Counted from the first letter of the stretch, positions 10,437-20,531 are shown. The stretch is DNA of 64,000 bases from a virus (IMGVR_UViG_3300032138_000647:1-64000); one strand, 5' to 3'. Made by a program: numbers and translations. The notes: generated from the letters alone by a model not told the origin.

Positions 10437-11399
10437 ATGGCGTTTGTTGTAGCAGACAGAGTAAAAGAAACAACATCTACCACAGGTGCAGGCGACCTTC
10501 TGTTGGGCGCTGGTAACTTTGGTGGATTTCAAACCTTCTCCCAAGGAGTTGGAGGGGGAAATAGCACATATTACGCGATTGAAAACTACAAGAGTTGGGA
10601 AGTAGGCATAGGAACATACAATGATGGCCCTAACACACTTTCCCGCGACACAGTATTATCCAGTAGCAACAGCGACAGCAGGGTAGACCTCAGTGGAGTG
10701 TCGATAGTATTTGTAAGCTATCCAGCGAGCAAGGCTTCCATAATAGATGAAGACGGTTATATTACAGGGATCACAACTTCATACAAAGGAGTTTCTTTTC
10801 CAGATGGAACTAGGCAAACAACCATACCTTCCCCAAGTGGACACTTAGAAGACTTACCTGACGGCAGGGTTCCTCTAACACTATTAAGACACACAGCGGG
10901 AAACGTATTTCATGCCTATGTTGATAATGCATACGACAAGACTGTGGGACTGCACATTGGTACAAGCCCAGCTACCAGTCCAGCTTGGAAGTTAGGGTTA
11001 AAAGCATCTCCATCTTCCCCCACGGAAGAGCCAAGCCTTGGATATGCTTACGGTAAAGACGGTTCCGCTGGAATGTATGCTACAACAAGCACTGGTTTTG
11101 TAATTCATGATGCAAATGGTTTTTGGGTGAGGCACAATGCGACAGACGTGTTTAATGCAGTTAGTTCAACCACGTCTCCTACCGTGTCCGTGAAGGGTAC
11201 AATTGGACAATCCTCCAGCCTGCAAGAATGGAACAACCATCTCGGATCTAAGCTCATATCAGTTAGCAGGGAGGGAGCGGTAGTGTTCAACCAGAAAATA
11301 TCGGACACAGATGCTCCAAAATCCTCTCTGTATTATAGTTCCACGCAAAATAAGCTGGTATTCAAGGATGCGGCAGGCTCGATTAAACAATTATATTAA
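10437..11399 (+). CDS. Fibre/appendage protein
   Basis: N-terminal domain DRVKETT.TTG...TYYAI...WEVG.G..VFV.YPA is common in phage fibres and paralogous to the N-terminus of 14769..20264; FPDGTRQTT motif. Confidence 0.7.
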   Translation: MAFVVADRVKETTSTTGAGDLLLGAGNFGGFQTFSQGVGGGNSTYYAIENYKSWEVGIGTYNDGPNTLSRDTVLSSSNSDSRVDLSGVSIVFVSYPASKASIIDEDGYITGITTSYKGVSFPDGTRQTTIPSPSGHLEDLPDGRVPLTLLRHTAGNVFHAYVDNAYDKTVGLHIGTSPATSPAWKLGLKASPSSPTEEPSLGYAYGKDGSAGMYATTSTGFVIHDANGFWVRHNATDVFNAVSSTTSPTVSVKGTIGQSSSLQEWNNHLGSKLISVSREGAVVFNQKISDTDAPKSSLYYSSTQNKLVFKDAAGSIKQLY

Positions 11400-11451
11400 C
11401 ATCACTTCGATCTTACGCGGAAAATCTAGAAAGATAACTATCGTCAAAAAC

Positions 11452-11469
11452 GTGTATAGATAAGTAAGA
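11452..11469 (+). promoter_or_regulatory. Putative late promoter GTGTATA-N6-TAAGA
   Basis: GTGTATAGATAAGTAAGA in a 100-bp intergenic gap. Confidence 0.65.
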
Positions 11470-11499
11470 AAGACCTTTATATAACAGGAGAGATAATTC

Positions 11500-11877
11500 A
11501 TGGCTATTTTTTCACTAGAGATAGCTGACGTAGACGTGGAAAGGGTGCTAACAGCCGTGGCAATGAACTATGGCTGGCCAACCCTAATTGCCAACCCCGC
11601 CTACGTAGTTACCACTACAGAAGAACCAAATCCCAATTATGACCCGGAAGATCCAGAGTCTGGTTCTCCCACCATAGAAGTTACCGTATTACCCGTTGAC
11701 GGGGAAGGTAACCCAATTCCAAAAGAAATTGACAACACAGAAACCAGTGGAGACTTTACCCACCGCATGGTGCGTAATTTTTTGTCGGAACATGTCGCCT
11801 CTTATGAAAGGCGATTGGCCACACAAAGCGCTCTAGATGGGTTAGACACAAATGTAGATATTGGAGATCCGGGTTAA
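11500..11877 (+). CDS. Hypothetical phage protein (acidic, Pro-rich loop)
   Basis: 125-aa ORF, SD AGGAG, own promoter motif. Confidence 0.7.
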   Translation: MAIFSLEIADVDVERVLTAVAMNYGWPTLIANPAYVVTTTEEPNPNYDPEDPESGSPTIEVTVLPVDGEGNPIPKEIDNTETSGDFTHRMVRNFLSEHVASYERRLATQSALDGLDTNVDIGDPG

Positions 11878-11879
11878 GC

Positions 11880-12851
11880 ATGTTTGGACACACAGGGTTT
11901 TCTGAGTCGAAGACACCCACAAGCAACGGCATAATGTTTGGATTAGCTTTAAGTATAAAAGATAAGGTTTCAAAAGCTGTCAAGTCTTGTACGAGCATAG
12001 CCAAAGCTATGACTATAGATACTCAACACGATAAAGTTATGGCTATAAATACTCAACACGATAGAGTTATGACTATAGATACTCAACACGATATAGAATT
12101 ATTAGGAACAGACAGAGAGGCTGATCTGGATTATGATCAAGAAATAGCCTACTTAAGTCCATGGTATCGTTGGACCTTCAACAACACATTGGATGATGAT
12201 GGATACGGAACAAGCAGCAGTCCTAGAAATGGAACAGGTTCTGGAAGCATAGCTTACACCTCTGATGGCGGGATTATTCCTTCTCTGTCTTGGGAATCTA
12301 TCGACCTTAATCCAAACGATGAAGTAAGAATATCAGACTCTCCAAAGATAAATAGCGGAAGCGGATACACATTTGAAAAACGTTCAATATCTGTTTGGGC
12401 AGAATTTGATTCTGTTTCTGGAACTGATGGAAATGGACGAGTTATTTGGGAACAGGGCGGAGGGACTCAATGGTGGTCTATTTATATCTATGATTCAAAC
12501 TTATATACGTGCATTGGGGAATCGAGCAAGGAGAAAGGATATTGCTTATCACCAGTTTCCACTTCAACTTTATACCTAATCACTGCAACTATTGATTTAT
12601 CACTATCATCAAATCAAATGAAATTGTATATTAATGGCTCTCTTGCAAGTCAAGCCACTACATCAGCAGGCTCAAGCCTTTCTGACCACGGCGGCAACAT
12701 CGCATGGGGAGGGCCAAACTCAAGCCCTAGAAACCATTTAAACCAAAGTATCACAGCTAATGTTGACGCAAGATTGGCAGATGGGTGTTATTGGTATGAA
12801 CAGGTGTTGACGCCTACAGAAATTTCAAACATTTGGTCAGCAGGTAATTAA
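11880..12851 (+). CDS. Virion protein with LamG/concanavalin-A-like domain
   Basis: LamG-type motifs (WYRWTFN, SISVWAEF, MKLYINGSL, VLTPTEISNIW); MFG..GFSE N-terminus and a 10-aa repeat. Confidence 0.75.
   Translation: MFGHTGFSESKTPTSNGIMFGLALSIKDKVSKAVKSCTSIAKAMTIDTQHDKVMAINTQHDRVMTIDTQHDIELLGTDREADLDYDQEIAYLSPWYRWTFNNTLDDDGYGTSSSPRNGTGSGSIAYTSDGGIIPSLSWESIDLNPNDEVRISDSPKINSGSGYTFEKRSISVWAEFDSVSGTDGNGRVIWEQGGGTQWWSIYIYDSNLYTCIGESSKEKGYCLSPVSTSTLYLITATIDLSLSSNQMKLYINGSLASQATTSAGSSLSDHGGNIAWGGPNSSPRNHLNQSITANVDARLADGCYWYEQVLTPTEISNIWSAGN
12009..12093 (+). repeat. 30-bp tandem repeat, ~2.8 copies (coding)
   Basis: ATGACTATAGATACTCAACACGATAAAGTT / ATGGCTATAAATACTCAACACGATAGAGTT / ATGACTATAGATACTCAACACGATA, encoding MTIDTQHDKV-like units. 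Confidence 0.95.
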
Positions 12852-12867
12852 CGAACAGGAGTATGAC

Positions 12868-12927
12868 ATGGTTGCCACATTTACTTTGTCTATTACAACC
12901 CAACAGGCAATACCATTCAGTTTATAG
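12868..12927 (+). CDS. Putative 19-aa peptide MVATFTLSITTQQAIPFSL (or remnant gene end)
   Basis: AGGAG at 12857-12861, ATG 12868, TAG 12925-12927. Fills the intergenic gap and resembles the repeat unit of the upstream gene. Confidence 0.4.
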   Translation: MVATFTLSITTQQAIPFSL

Positions 12928-12936
12928 GTTTTAATC

Positions 12937-13245
12937 ATGGCCAGTGAAATACATGTAGATGATGTTGGCACACGGTTTTTGATGACCGTACAAGATGGTA
13001 GCAGTGGAGTAGATTTGTCTGCTGCCACCATTTTGCAGGTAAAATTCAAAAAGCCAAGTGACTTGGTAGTGAGCAGAACCGCCTCCTTGCTATCCGATGG
13101 CAGTGCTACATCTGGAGTAATGTATTACGACATCGTTGATGAACTAGATGAGGCAGGAAACTACAAACTCCAAGGAAAAGTCTCGGTTACCGCAGGAACC
13201 TTTTACACGGATATTCACACATTTAAAGTAAACTGCAACCTATAG
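12937..13245 (+). CDS. BppU-N-terminal-like Ig-fold virion protein
   Basis: DVGTRF...VDLS.A...KFKKPS...GVMYY...LDEAGNYKLQ.KV pattern. Confidence 0.6.
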   Translation: MASEIHVDDVGTRFLMTVQDGSSGVDLSAATILQVKFKKPSDLVVSRTASLLSDGSATSGVMYYDIVDELDEAGNYKLQGKVSVTAGTFYTDIHTFKVNCNL

Positions 13246-13256
13246 GGGTATAAGCA

Positions 13257-13763
13257 ATGTCGTGGCAAGGTCAAATGTCAACTATGGTTAGGTATTTAAT
13301 TGATGATACCGATTCGTCTAGCTATAAGTATAGCGACAAACGCATTGAGACCACCCTGTTAGTAGCCGCACAATTTGTCACACTATCGACAGATCTAAAC
13401 AACGAATATACGATTAATGTAGAGCAATGCGCTCTTTCTCCAGACCCAACAGACACCGGTACTAAAGATAATGCCTTTATCAATTTAACCTGCATGAAGG
13501 CTGCCTGTATTATGGTGGGCAGCGAAGTCCGCAGTGAGTCGAGTAATGCTATTTCAATTAAAGACGGCCCGTCTGCCATTGACTTAAGGGGTGTTGCTTC
13601 TACATTGGTCGTTTTATATCAAGATTTATGCAAGAAGTATGACCAGATGCAAATGGATTACCGCGCTGGACATAGCACGGTTGGTCAAGCAATACTCGGA
13701 CCCTATAGTCCGGGATCAAGAATGGTGTCAAGGAACTCGGACAACCGAAACGGATACTTATAA
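13257..13763 (+). CDS. Head-tail adaptor (connector) protein
   Basis: VRYLIDDTD...YSD.RI N-terminal motif, helical, SIKDG hairpin; 168 aa. Confidence 0.6.
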   Translation: MSWQGQMSTMVRYLIDDTDSSSYKYSDKRIETTLLVAAQFVTLSTDLNNEYTINVEQCALSPDPTDTGTKDNAFINLTCMKAACIMVGSEVRSESSNAISIKDGPSAIDLRGVASTLVVLYQDLCKKYDQMQMDYRAGHSTVGQAILGPYSPGSRMVSRNSDNRNGYL

Positions 13764-13781
13764 ACCTAAAGGAGCAGATCA

Positions 13782-14750
13782 ATGGCGACTAGAGATAAAG
13801 ATACTATTAAAGCAAATATTATTGCAGACGTTCCAGATAATAACGCTGGACTAGTTTCTGCTAAGGATATTAGAGACAATATGGTTGACACCGTAGAGTC
13901 GATCAATCAAATTGTAGCTAGCGGAGATGTCGATAGCGCCTTTCCGTTTACCGGAAGCTCTGTCAGAGCAGCCATGAAAGACGACGCGCATGGAACTTTT
14001 ATTGCTGAATCTGGGGTTACTTTCAACAACGCCGTGGGCGGCAACAAAACACAGATATTTGCATACGAAGGCCCGCAGGGCATTGACCACACCCAACTTG
14101 GCAATCTTGGTATTGACTCCCATCCTCAGTATCTTAACGTAACTGGCATTGCGGCAGGAGACTATATGGAAGGTGGGCTTGGAATGGACACCCACTGGAT
14201 TGGTGTTTCTGGGTATGACAATAGAGGTCTAAGATTTAAGAAAGTTAACGATAACAGAGACGACATCCACATTGGAGACTCTGGCCATATTATGTTTGAG
14301 GACGGGTCGAGACTTGACACTGTCAAAGGCGTAGCCAAGGCTTGGATTAACTTTAAGGGTAGTGGCACGGAGCTTGAAACTGCCGCTGCGGCGACACCCG
14401 GATACCAGACGCCTGTAGTTAATTCATCCTATAACGTATCAGGGATAAGTTATATCGATAGAGGTAAATACAAAATCACTTTCGTGTCGGGAGTGCTGAA
14501 AGACAACAACTATGTAGCGATTGGTAACAGCAACTGTATCACAGAAGCAACTGAAGCAACAGAATTTGATGTTAACACGGTTGGCATGGTGATGAGAGAG
14601 GGTGATGATCTTAGTACGCTAAGAACTTTAACCTTTTATGTGAGGAGTGATGACAACGAGTATGTTGATGCTGCGCTGAATGATTTGATTGTTTACGGCC
14701 TAGGGTCGGGAACAACGGCAGATACTGCACCAACTATTAACCCATCTTAG
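13782..14750 (+). CDS. Short fibre protein
   Basis: N-terminus paralogous to 4952..10432; H..L..L..D.HPQY motif; C-terminal AKAWINF.G...SYNVS.I....G.Y.ITF fibre domain. Confidence 0.7.
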   Translation: MATRDKDTIKANIIADVPDNNAGLVSAKDIRDNMVDTVESINQIVASGDVDSAFPFTGSSVRAAMKDDAHGTFIAESGVTFNNAVGGNKTQIFAYEGPQGIDHTQLGNLGIDSHPQYLNVTGIAAGDYMEGGLGMDTHWIGVSGYDNRGLRFKKVNDNRDDIHIGDSGHIMFEDGSRLDTVKGVAKAWINFKGSGTELETAAAATPGYQTPVVNSSYNVSGISYIDRGKYKITFVSGVLKDNNYVAIGNSNCITEATEATEFDVNTVGMVMREGDDLSTLRTLTFYVRSDDNEYVDAALNDLIVYGLGSGTTADTAPTINPS

Positions 14751-14768
14751 CATGTAGGGGATAGATAA

Positions 14769-17700
14769 ATGCCTGACAAGATAGTAGTCCTATCCGATAG
14801 GATAAAAGAGCTAAGCGAAACAACTGGTACTACCAATATGCACCTACAGGGTGCAGCTACTGGTTTTAGCCCCTTCTCGGACTTCTATAGCAATAGTGAC
14901 TTGGTGTACTATGCCATCACAGATGGTCAGTACTATGAGGTTGGCTCGGGGCAATTCCTCCTGAAGGCCGGTGATGACGAGCTTATAAGATTTCCCTTTA
15001 AAAGCAGTGGTCCGGGAGCAACGCTTGACACAGATAAAGTCTCATGGCCTATAGGCGTCAAGGAGATTTATGTAACATACCCAGCGCCGCAGTCTGTTTA
15101 TACTGCATTTGGATTATCTCCTGACTATAACAAGCCCAAAGAAAGCGGGTTTGCTTTCTGGTCCTCAGCTAATATTCTCAACTATGACTCTAACTTAGTT
15201 TGGAATTCTGGTCAAGGCAGAATGGGAATTGGCGTAACCCCAGACCACGCCCTGCATATTGGTGGAAACACAGCCTACTCTTTAGTTAAAGCTTCTGGGT
15301 TTATAGCTAGTGAATCTGGCCTGTTCTTCCCAGAAGGTAATGGCGGAACTGCCACCTATAGTGGTGGACGCCAACTAGAACACTTTGTTAGAAACAAACT
15401 TGACGACACTGCTGTGTCTGAAGGCAAACTTGGCGGATCTACCGGAAGCTCCTCGGTTATCGAGTTGAGCGGAGTAGTAGATCAATATATCCTACTTAAA
15501 CAACAAATCAAAGGATCGGTATTTGCTGGTCCCCCAAGCGGCTGTGGTGTTAGCTGTTCACCAGCCTATCCTAACTTCCGCTACCTCACGCTAGACGATC
15601 TTCCAGATCTGTCGAGCCTATATGTTACTAGAACTGGCACCACAAGTGCTGGCAACGTTGCTTTCTGGCAGGAAGATAACGTACTAACCGATGATGATTA
15701 CCTAACTTGGGATGATGCATCTAACAAGCTCGGCGTGGGTAATAACGATCCTCAGTATCAGATTCATGTCGGAGGCACTGCTGGAATTACGGGAGATACC
15801 CACATTGGCGGCGATACAATTGCTAGCGGCCACATGTTTATCGGCGGAAATCTCGATGTTGCGGGCAACACGTCCTATATAGACAGTAACGTAGTGACGA
15901 TTTGGGATCAGCACCTAGAACTAGCTTCTATGAGTGGCGCAGCTATAGTTGGAGATACGGTTATAGACGGAGTGGGCGGGGCAGGCGTTATAATCAAATC
16001 AACTGATGGAGACAAAAGCATTCTGTGGAGAAGCTCCTGTGATGCTTGGCAGGTAAAGGGTAAAGACGGTTACAACTTAATAGACGTAAGCGGTATTATA
16101 TTTAACGGCGACTGCGACCACCTGATCAGCGGAGCTTACAAAGCTGGTAGCGGCCTATCTCTCCATGGTGGGCTAGAGTTTAATGTGGGAGACATGTTTA
16201 GTCTTGGAGCTAGCCCCCCGCAAACTATTCATCAGGGTGACACCATCTTAGTTAGTGGAGTCTCTGGTGTAGCAACCACGATGAGCAAAGTGGGGAACAA
16301 CCATATTCTATGGGTAGACCCAACAGAACTCTCTGGAATACTGAGTGGAGGCTCTACAGCAAGTTTGACGGAAGTTTCCGGCATCCTAGATAATTACATA
16401 GACTTTGTTTCTGGTGAATTTGTATCGGGATCAGGTGCTCTCAACAACAAATTTGGGGACTACACCCTTCTGACAGATTTTACTTCTGGCTCAGGCGCTC
16501 TAGACAACGACATTACTTCTGTGTCAGGAATGTTTGTTTCAGGCTCTGGCGCGTTAAATAGTAAGATCGACAATCTCAATATTGACCATGAGATTAAGGT
16601 GTCTGAGGAAAGCGGAGATAATTTAGAAACCGTTTCAGGTATTCACTTCCCAGCCGGTTCAATCGTATCTGCACACGGTGGCAAGGTAGCTGTAGTAGAC
16701 TTCACTGCCGGAACTGCCGGAACTTTGGCAGCGCTGTCTGACGTAACGCTTACTAGTTCAACAAATAAAGATCATCTCCAATTCAATGGTGCAGCATGGG
16801 TAAATGTTACATCTCCGTCAGGTGCTTTAAACAGCCAGTTCGTGTCTGGCTCTGGAGCGCTTGATAACTATATTGATTTCGTATCGGGAGAACTAAACTC
16901 AGCCTCCGGTTCTTTACAAAATGCCACTGATACCAATTCTTCAAACTGGATCTCTGGATCAGGGGCGCTGAATAGCCAGTTTGTTTCTGGTTCTGGAGCA
17001 CTCGATAACTACATCGACTTTGTTTCTGGAGAACTGAACTCAGCTTCAGGTTCTCTGCAAAACGCCATCGACTTATCTGCAACATCCCTCAAGGTTACTG
17101 AGAACGACGGCTCCCCTGAGCTACTCAGCGTATCTGGTTTACAATTCACTAATGCTTCTGTTACGTCTGCCCATGCTGGAAAAATTGCTGTTATTGATCT
17201 TACAGCCGGTGCGGCTGGAGATCTTGCTGGCCTGACAGATGTTACCTTGGCCGGTTTAGCTAATGGTCACCACCTACAATACAACGGAGCTAACTGGGAG
17301 AATGCAGTTACAGCTTCGGGAGCACTGAACAACCAGTTCGTCTCCGGGTCTGGAGCACTAAACAGCCAGTTCGTCTCCGGGTCTGGAGCACTAAACAGCC
17401 AGTTCGTCTCCGGGTCTGGAGCACTGAACAACCAGTTTGTCTCTGGATCTGGAGCACTTGATAACTATATAGACTTTGTTTCAGGTGAATTTGTATCTAG
17501 CTCTGGAGCGCTAAACAATAAGATTGATAACCTGCCCGGCGCAACAGCGATTACTGCCGACTCTGGTGTAATTAGAGTGGGTGATGAACTAAGACTAGAT
17601 CCTAGACTATTAAGTTCTGGTGTTACTGGTAGCACGACAAATCTTATTGCCCTTGGCACTCACGATGCAGGTAGCTGGAATAATCCCCACTTTAGTCTTG

Positions 17701-20264
17701 GCGACGGCTCGCATACTATACTCATTGGGAATACGGCAGGCAAGGATGCCCAAGTCACCAACCCCGGCAATGAGTTCTTAGCAATTGGACCGCAGGCTGG
17801 AGAGCTTTACGGCGCGACTAGCTATGTTGGTGTGCCCTCCTCCTCCTTAGAGAAAATGCAAGACGGGAGTATTTGCATTGGTTTCAGAGCAGGCTGGAAG
17901 CATTATCTGAGCAAACAGCTTGAGGCCGGTAAGCCAGATTTTATTGCTGGCTATAATACACTGATTGGTTCCAGTGCTGGTTCCACCAGCTATAACATGT
18001 ATTCGACTGTTGCTATAGGTAACAGTGCAGGCGAAGGTCAAGGCGCTACCGCTGCTTATGGGTCGCAGTTTGGTGTGCATATAGGAACTTTCGCTGGGCA
18101 GAATTTAAGCTCTGGGAACTATTGTGTGGATATTGGTGCGTTGGCCGGTTATTCAACGAAAATGAATTCCTACGTCCACACGATGGGCCGCCATGCTGGA
18201 AGCCAGTCATTTCATAACAGACACGTTAACATGTTTGGGACGGATGCTGGTAATGACGCAAGAGAATTAACATGCTCCAACCTGATGGGGTCAGGGGCTG
18301 GCTATTATGCAAGCGGCTGCGACCACATAAACCTAATTGGTACTTTTACCGGATCAGGAGCCAAGGATTGTAGTCATTCAAATATAATAGGCAATGAAGC
18401 TGGCTATCTAGCAACGGGCTGCACCAATATTAATATGCTTGGCTATAGGGCTGGTTATAATACGGAAAGCAACAGCAAGTCAAACCTCATAGGATTCCAA
18501 GCGGGGGAATGGAGTAACGACGTTACTTACTCCGAAGCTATAGGTATGAATGCTGGACGTTTTGCTTCAGGGGTTACAAATAGTGTATTCTTGGGGATAA
18601 GCGCTGGTCTTGCTACAGCAGAGCTTGTGAACAATACCAGTATTGGACATGCTGCCGGAGCATACGCTAACGGAGATGAGTGGACTACCAACATTGGTTT
18701 TTCAGCCGGTTGGGAAGGCTCAGGTTCTACGAATGGTATTTCCATTGGCGATTATGCAGGGCGTACATCGACCAAATCTTTGCAAAGAGTTGCTCTGGGC
18801 TATAAGACTCAGGAATATGCTAGTGGTGTTAGATCATTCATAGCTATAGGTGCCAACGCTGGCTCTGCTGCATCTGGTTGGAAAGAGGTTGCTAGAACCA
18901 ACCCCTATATTCCGGGCCATGCAACAAACAATACAAGTCTGCATCAGTACAGTATTGCTATTGGTCAAAATGCGGCACAGAGGACTGAGAACACCAACCA
19001 ACTTATTGCAATGGGACGTAGGGCTGGAGCGTGGACTCATGATTCAGAGCACGTAATAGCTATGGGCTACCGTGCCGGAATTCAAAGAAAAGAAAACGAT
19101 ACTTCTATCTACATCGGTAGAGATGCAGGTGCTTATTCTGAAGGTGACGGAAGCACTCCCATAGTTGCTGGCGGAAACCATCAGCTTTTCATTGGCCATA
19201 AGGCTGGTAGATTTAACACCGGCGACCAGAATATGTCTATCTTGGCCAACGGTTCGACGGCTGGCGATGCGATTAACGCGGGTTCGCTTGCTTCCCCCAA
19301 AGTACACAATAACCGTTTGAATATTGCAAACCTCATATATGGTCATACCGGTAGCACGGCGGGTCTCAACAGAAAGCTTATGATTGGTCATATTGCTGGT
19401 TGGAATGGGTCGTCATTTGACGCTCCTCACGATCATCTCGCAACACTGCACGTTGTTCCAGCAGACGCAGGCCATACTGAAGTATGTTTGCATCTTGCGG
19501 CTGCCCATAACGGCGCACCAGCTACTGATAGGCTAAATAGCACCGGATACACAGGTCATGGCAGCACATTATCGTTGCCGAGTGCAGCCTCGAATGCTCG
19601 AATGACCACGAGAACGAGTAGGCAAGATACGAATTATACCTCCTCCAGCAATCAGTACACTCAAGATATGAATACCAGTTGGGGGTCAGCGGCCAATGAT
19701 GGGGCTTACGGCTACTTCTTTAATGTCGATGCAGAAGGTAACATGGCGACTATTGGCCAACGAGGATTTCCTATCGTTCCTAGTTTTAAGAGAACGATGA
19801 CTGATGGAGGCAATCCATGGGCAAACTCGAATCAGGGCGATCCCGGATACCTCATGAATAGCTCTAGTAGGGGGGAAGGGCATGCTATAAATAGACAATC
19901 CTGCCTGCGATGGTTTAACAAGAAATATGACCCCTATGACTACGAAGTGGGAACTATGATATTCGCACAGTTTCATCACGGACCCACAGAGGCGATGTGG
20001 CCATACTTGATGATTCTTGGTACAGATAATGGTAGTAGCGGAAACAGAAAGTGGAGATACATTCCAATGCCAAGTTATGATATTGTTGAGGGGAACGGGT
20101 GGGATAACTGCGGCTTGAACCAGCCCTTAAATAGATTCTTCTACGGTCTTCCCATGGGCTACGGCACTTATACTAATCCTACACTTACTTCCAGCAATAA
20201 CGTGGCGAAAGCTACTGTGAGGCGGAGATGGACAGGTGGAACCCCGCATTTAGGATTATTATAA
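14769..20264 (+). CDS. Large fibre protein (1831 aa) with 11-residue stalk repeats and beta-roll repeats
   Basis: Anchor domain, SGALNSQFVSG repeats, duplicated L..L.DV...LQ.NG..W.N modules, long IG..AG repeat block. Confidence 0.8.
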   Translation: MPDKIVVLSDRIKELSETTGTTNMHLQGAATGFSPFSDFYSNSDLVYYAITDGQYYEVGSGQFLLKAGDDELIRFPFKSSGPGATLDTDKVSWPIGVKEIYVTYPAPQSVYTAFGLSPDYNKPKESGFAFWSSANILNYDSNLVWNSGQGRMGIGVTPDHALHIGGNTAYSLVKASGFIASESGLFFPEGNGGTATYSGGRQLEHFVRNKLDDTAVSEGKLGGSTGSSSVIELSGVVDQYILLKQQIKGSVFAGPPSGCGVSCSPAYPNFRYLTLDDLPDLSSLYVTRTGTTSAGNVAFWQEDNVLTDDDYLTWDDASNKLGVGNNDPQYQIHVGGTAGITGDTHIGGDTIASGHMFIGGNLDVAGNTSYIDSNVVTIWDQHLELASMSGAAIVGDTVIDGVGGAGVIIKSTDGDKSILWRSSCDAWQVKGKDGYNLIDVSGIIFNGDCDHLISGAYKAGSGLSLHGGLEFNVGDMFSLGASPPQTIHQGDTILVSGVSGVATTMSKVGNNHILWVDPTELSGILSGGSTASLTEVSGILDNYIDFVSGEFVSGSGALNNKFGDYTLLTDFTSGSGALDNDITSVSGMFVSGSGALNSKIDNLNIDHEIKVSEESGDNLETVSGIHFPAGSIVSAHGGKVAVVDFTAGTAGTLAALSDVTLTSSTNKDHLQFNGAAWVNVTSPSGALNSQFVSGSGALDNYIDFVSGELNSASGSLQNATDTNSSNWISGSGALNSQFVSGSGALDNYIDFVSGELNSASGSLQNAIDLSATSLKVTENDGSPELLSVSGLQFTNASVTSAHAGKIAVIDLTAGAAGDLAGLTDVTLAGLANGHHLQYNGANWENAVTASGALNNQFVSGSGALNSQFVSGSGALNSQFVSGSGALNNQFVSGSGALDNYIDFVSGEFVSSSGALNNKIDNLPGATAITADSGVIRVGDELRLDPRLLSSGVTGSTTNLIALGTHDAGSWNNPHFSLGDGSHTILIGNTAGKDAQVTNPGNEFLAIGPQAGELYGATSYVGVPSSSLEKMQDGSICIGFRAGWKHYLSKQLEAGKPDFIAGYNTLIGSSAGSTSYNMYSTVAIGNSAGEGQGATAAYGSQFGVHIGTFAGQNLSSGNYCVDIGALAGYSTKMNSYVHTMGRHAGSQSFHNRHVNMFGTDAGNDARELTCSNLMGSGAGYYASGCDHINLIGTFTGSGAKDCSHSNIIGNEAGYLATGCTNINMLGYRAGYNTESNSKSNLIGFQAGEWSNDVTYSEAIGMNAGRFASGVTNSVFLGISAGLATAELVNNTSIGHAAGAYANGDEWTTNIGFSAGWEGSGSTNGISIGDYAGRTSTKSLQRVALGYKTQEYASGVRSFIAIGANAGSAASGWKEVARTNPYIPGHATNNTSLHQYSIAIGQNAAQRTENTNQLIAMGRRAGAWTHDSEHVIAMGYRAGIQRKENDTSIYIGRDAGAYSEGDGSTPIVAGGNHQLFIGHKAGRFNTGDQNMSILANGSTAGDAINAGSLASPKVHNNRLNIANLIYGHTGSTAGLNRKLMIGHIAGWNGSSFDAPHDHLATLHVVPADAGHTEVCLHLAAAHNGAPATDRLNSTGYTGHGSTLSLPSAASNARMTTRTSRQDTNYTSSSNQYTQDMNTSWGSAANDGAYGYFFNVDAEGNMATIGQRGFPIVPSFKRTMTDGGNPWANSNQGDPGYLMNSSSRGEGHAINRQSCLRWFNKKYDPYDYEVGTMIFAQFHHGPTEAMWPYLMILGTDNGSSGNRKWRYIPMPSYDIVEGNGWDNCGLNQPLNRFFYGLPMGYGTYTNPTLTSSNNVAKATVRRRWTGGTPHLGLL
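17319..17458 (+). repeat. 33-bp tandem repeat x4 (coding GALN[NS]QFVSGS)
   Basis: GGAGCACT[GA]AACA[AG]CCAGTTCGTCTCCGGGTCT repeated four times; degenerate copies from ~16380 to ~17520. Confidence 0.95.
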
Positions 20265-20319
20265 GAACACAAATACAGGATAGTTTTTTTAAGCTCTTTA
20301 ATATTTTTGGAGAAATACA

Positions 20320-20523
20320 ATGCCAATCGACGTAGCTTATAGCGCATCTGGTACTTCCAGCGTGCAGCATAATGGTTATGTTATAGTGTCAGTCCAAAAA
20401 ACTGGCAGCTATAAAGCCTTAGCTCCGCAGGTAAATGCTTACCTACCTTCGGGTACGTTGCATGCTAAGTATACCAACAGATTTGACGATCCTCGTTACT
20501 ATAGCGGTGATAGCAACTCCTAG
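20320..20523 (+). CDS. Small hypothetical virion protein (67 aa)
   Basis: SD GGAGA; fills the gap between fibre and neck genes. Confidence 0.65.
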   Translation: MPIDVAYSASGTSSVQHNGYVIVSVQKTGSYKALAPQVNAYLPSGTLHAKYTNRFDDPRYYSGDSNS

Positions 20524-20531
20524 GTGGTACT

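Noticed and set aside
12009-12093. 30-bp repeats as a CRISPR array, and TATAAATA within them as a T4 late promoter
   Set aside because: The repeats are contiguous with no spacers and are in-frame coding; TATAAATA is a single variant in one copy.
14769-20264. Diversity-generating retroelement target or invertible fibre cassette
   Set aside because: No reverse transcriptase, recombinase, adenine-variant repeat pair or flanking inverted repeats were seen.
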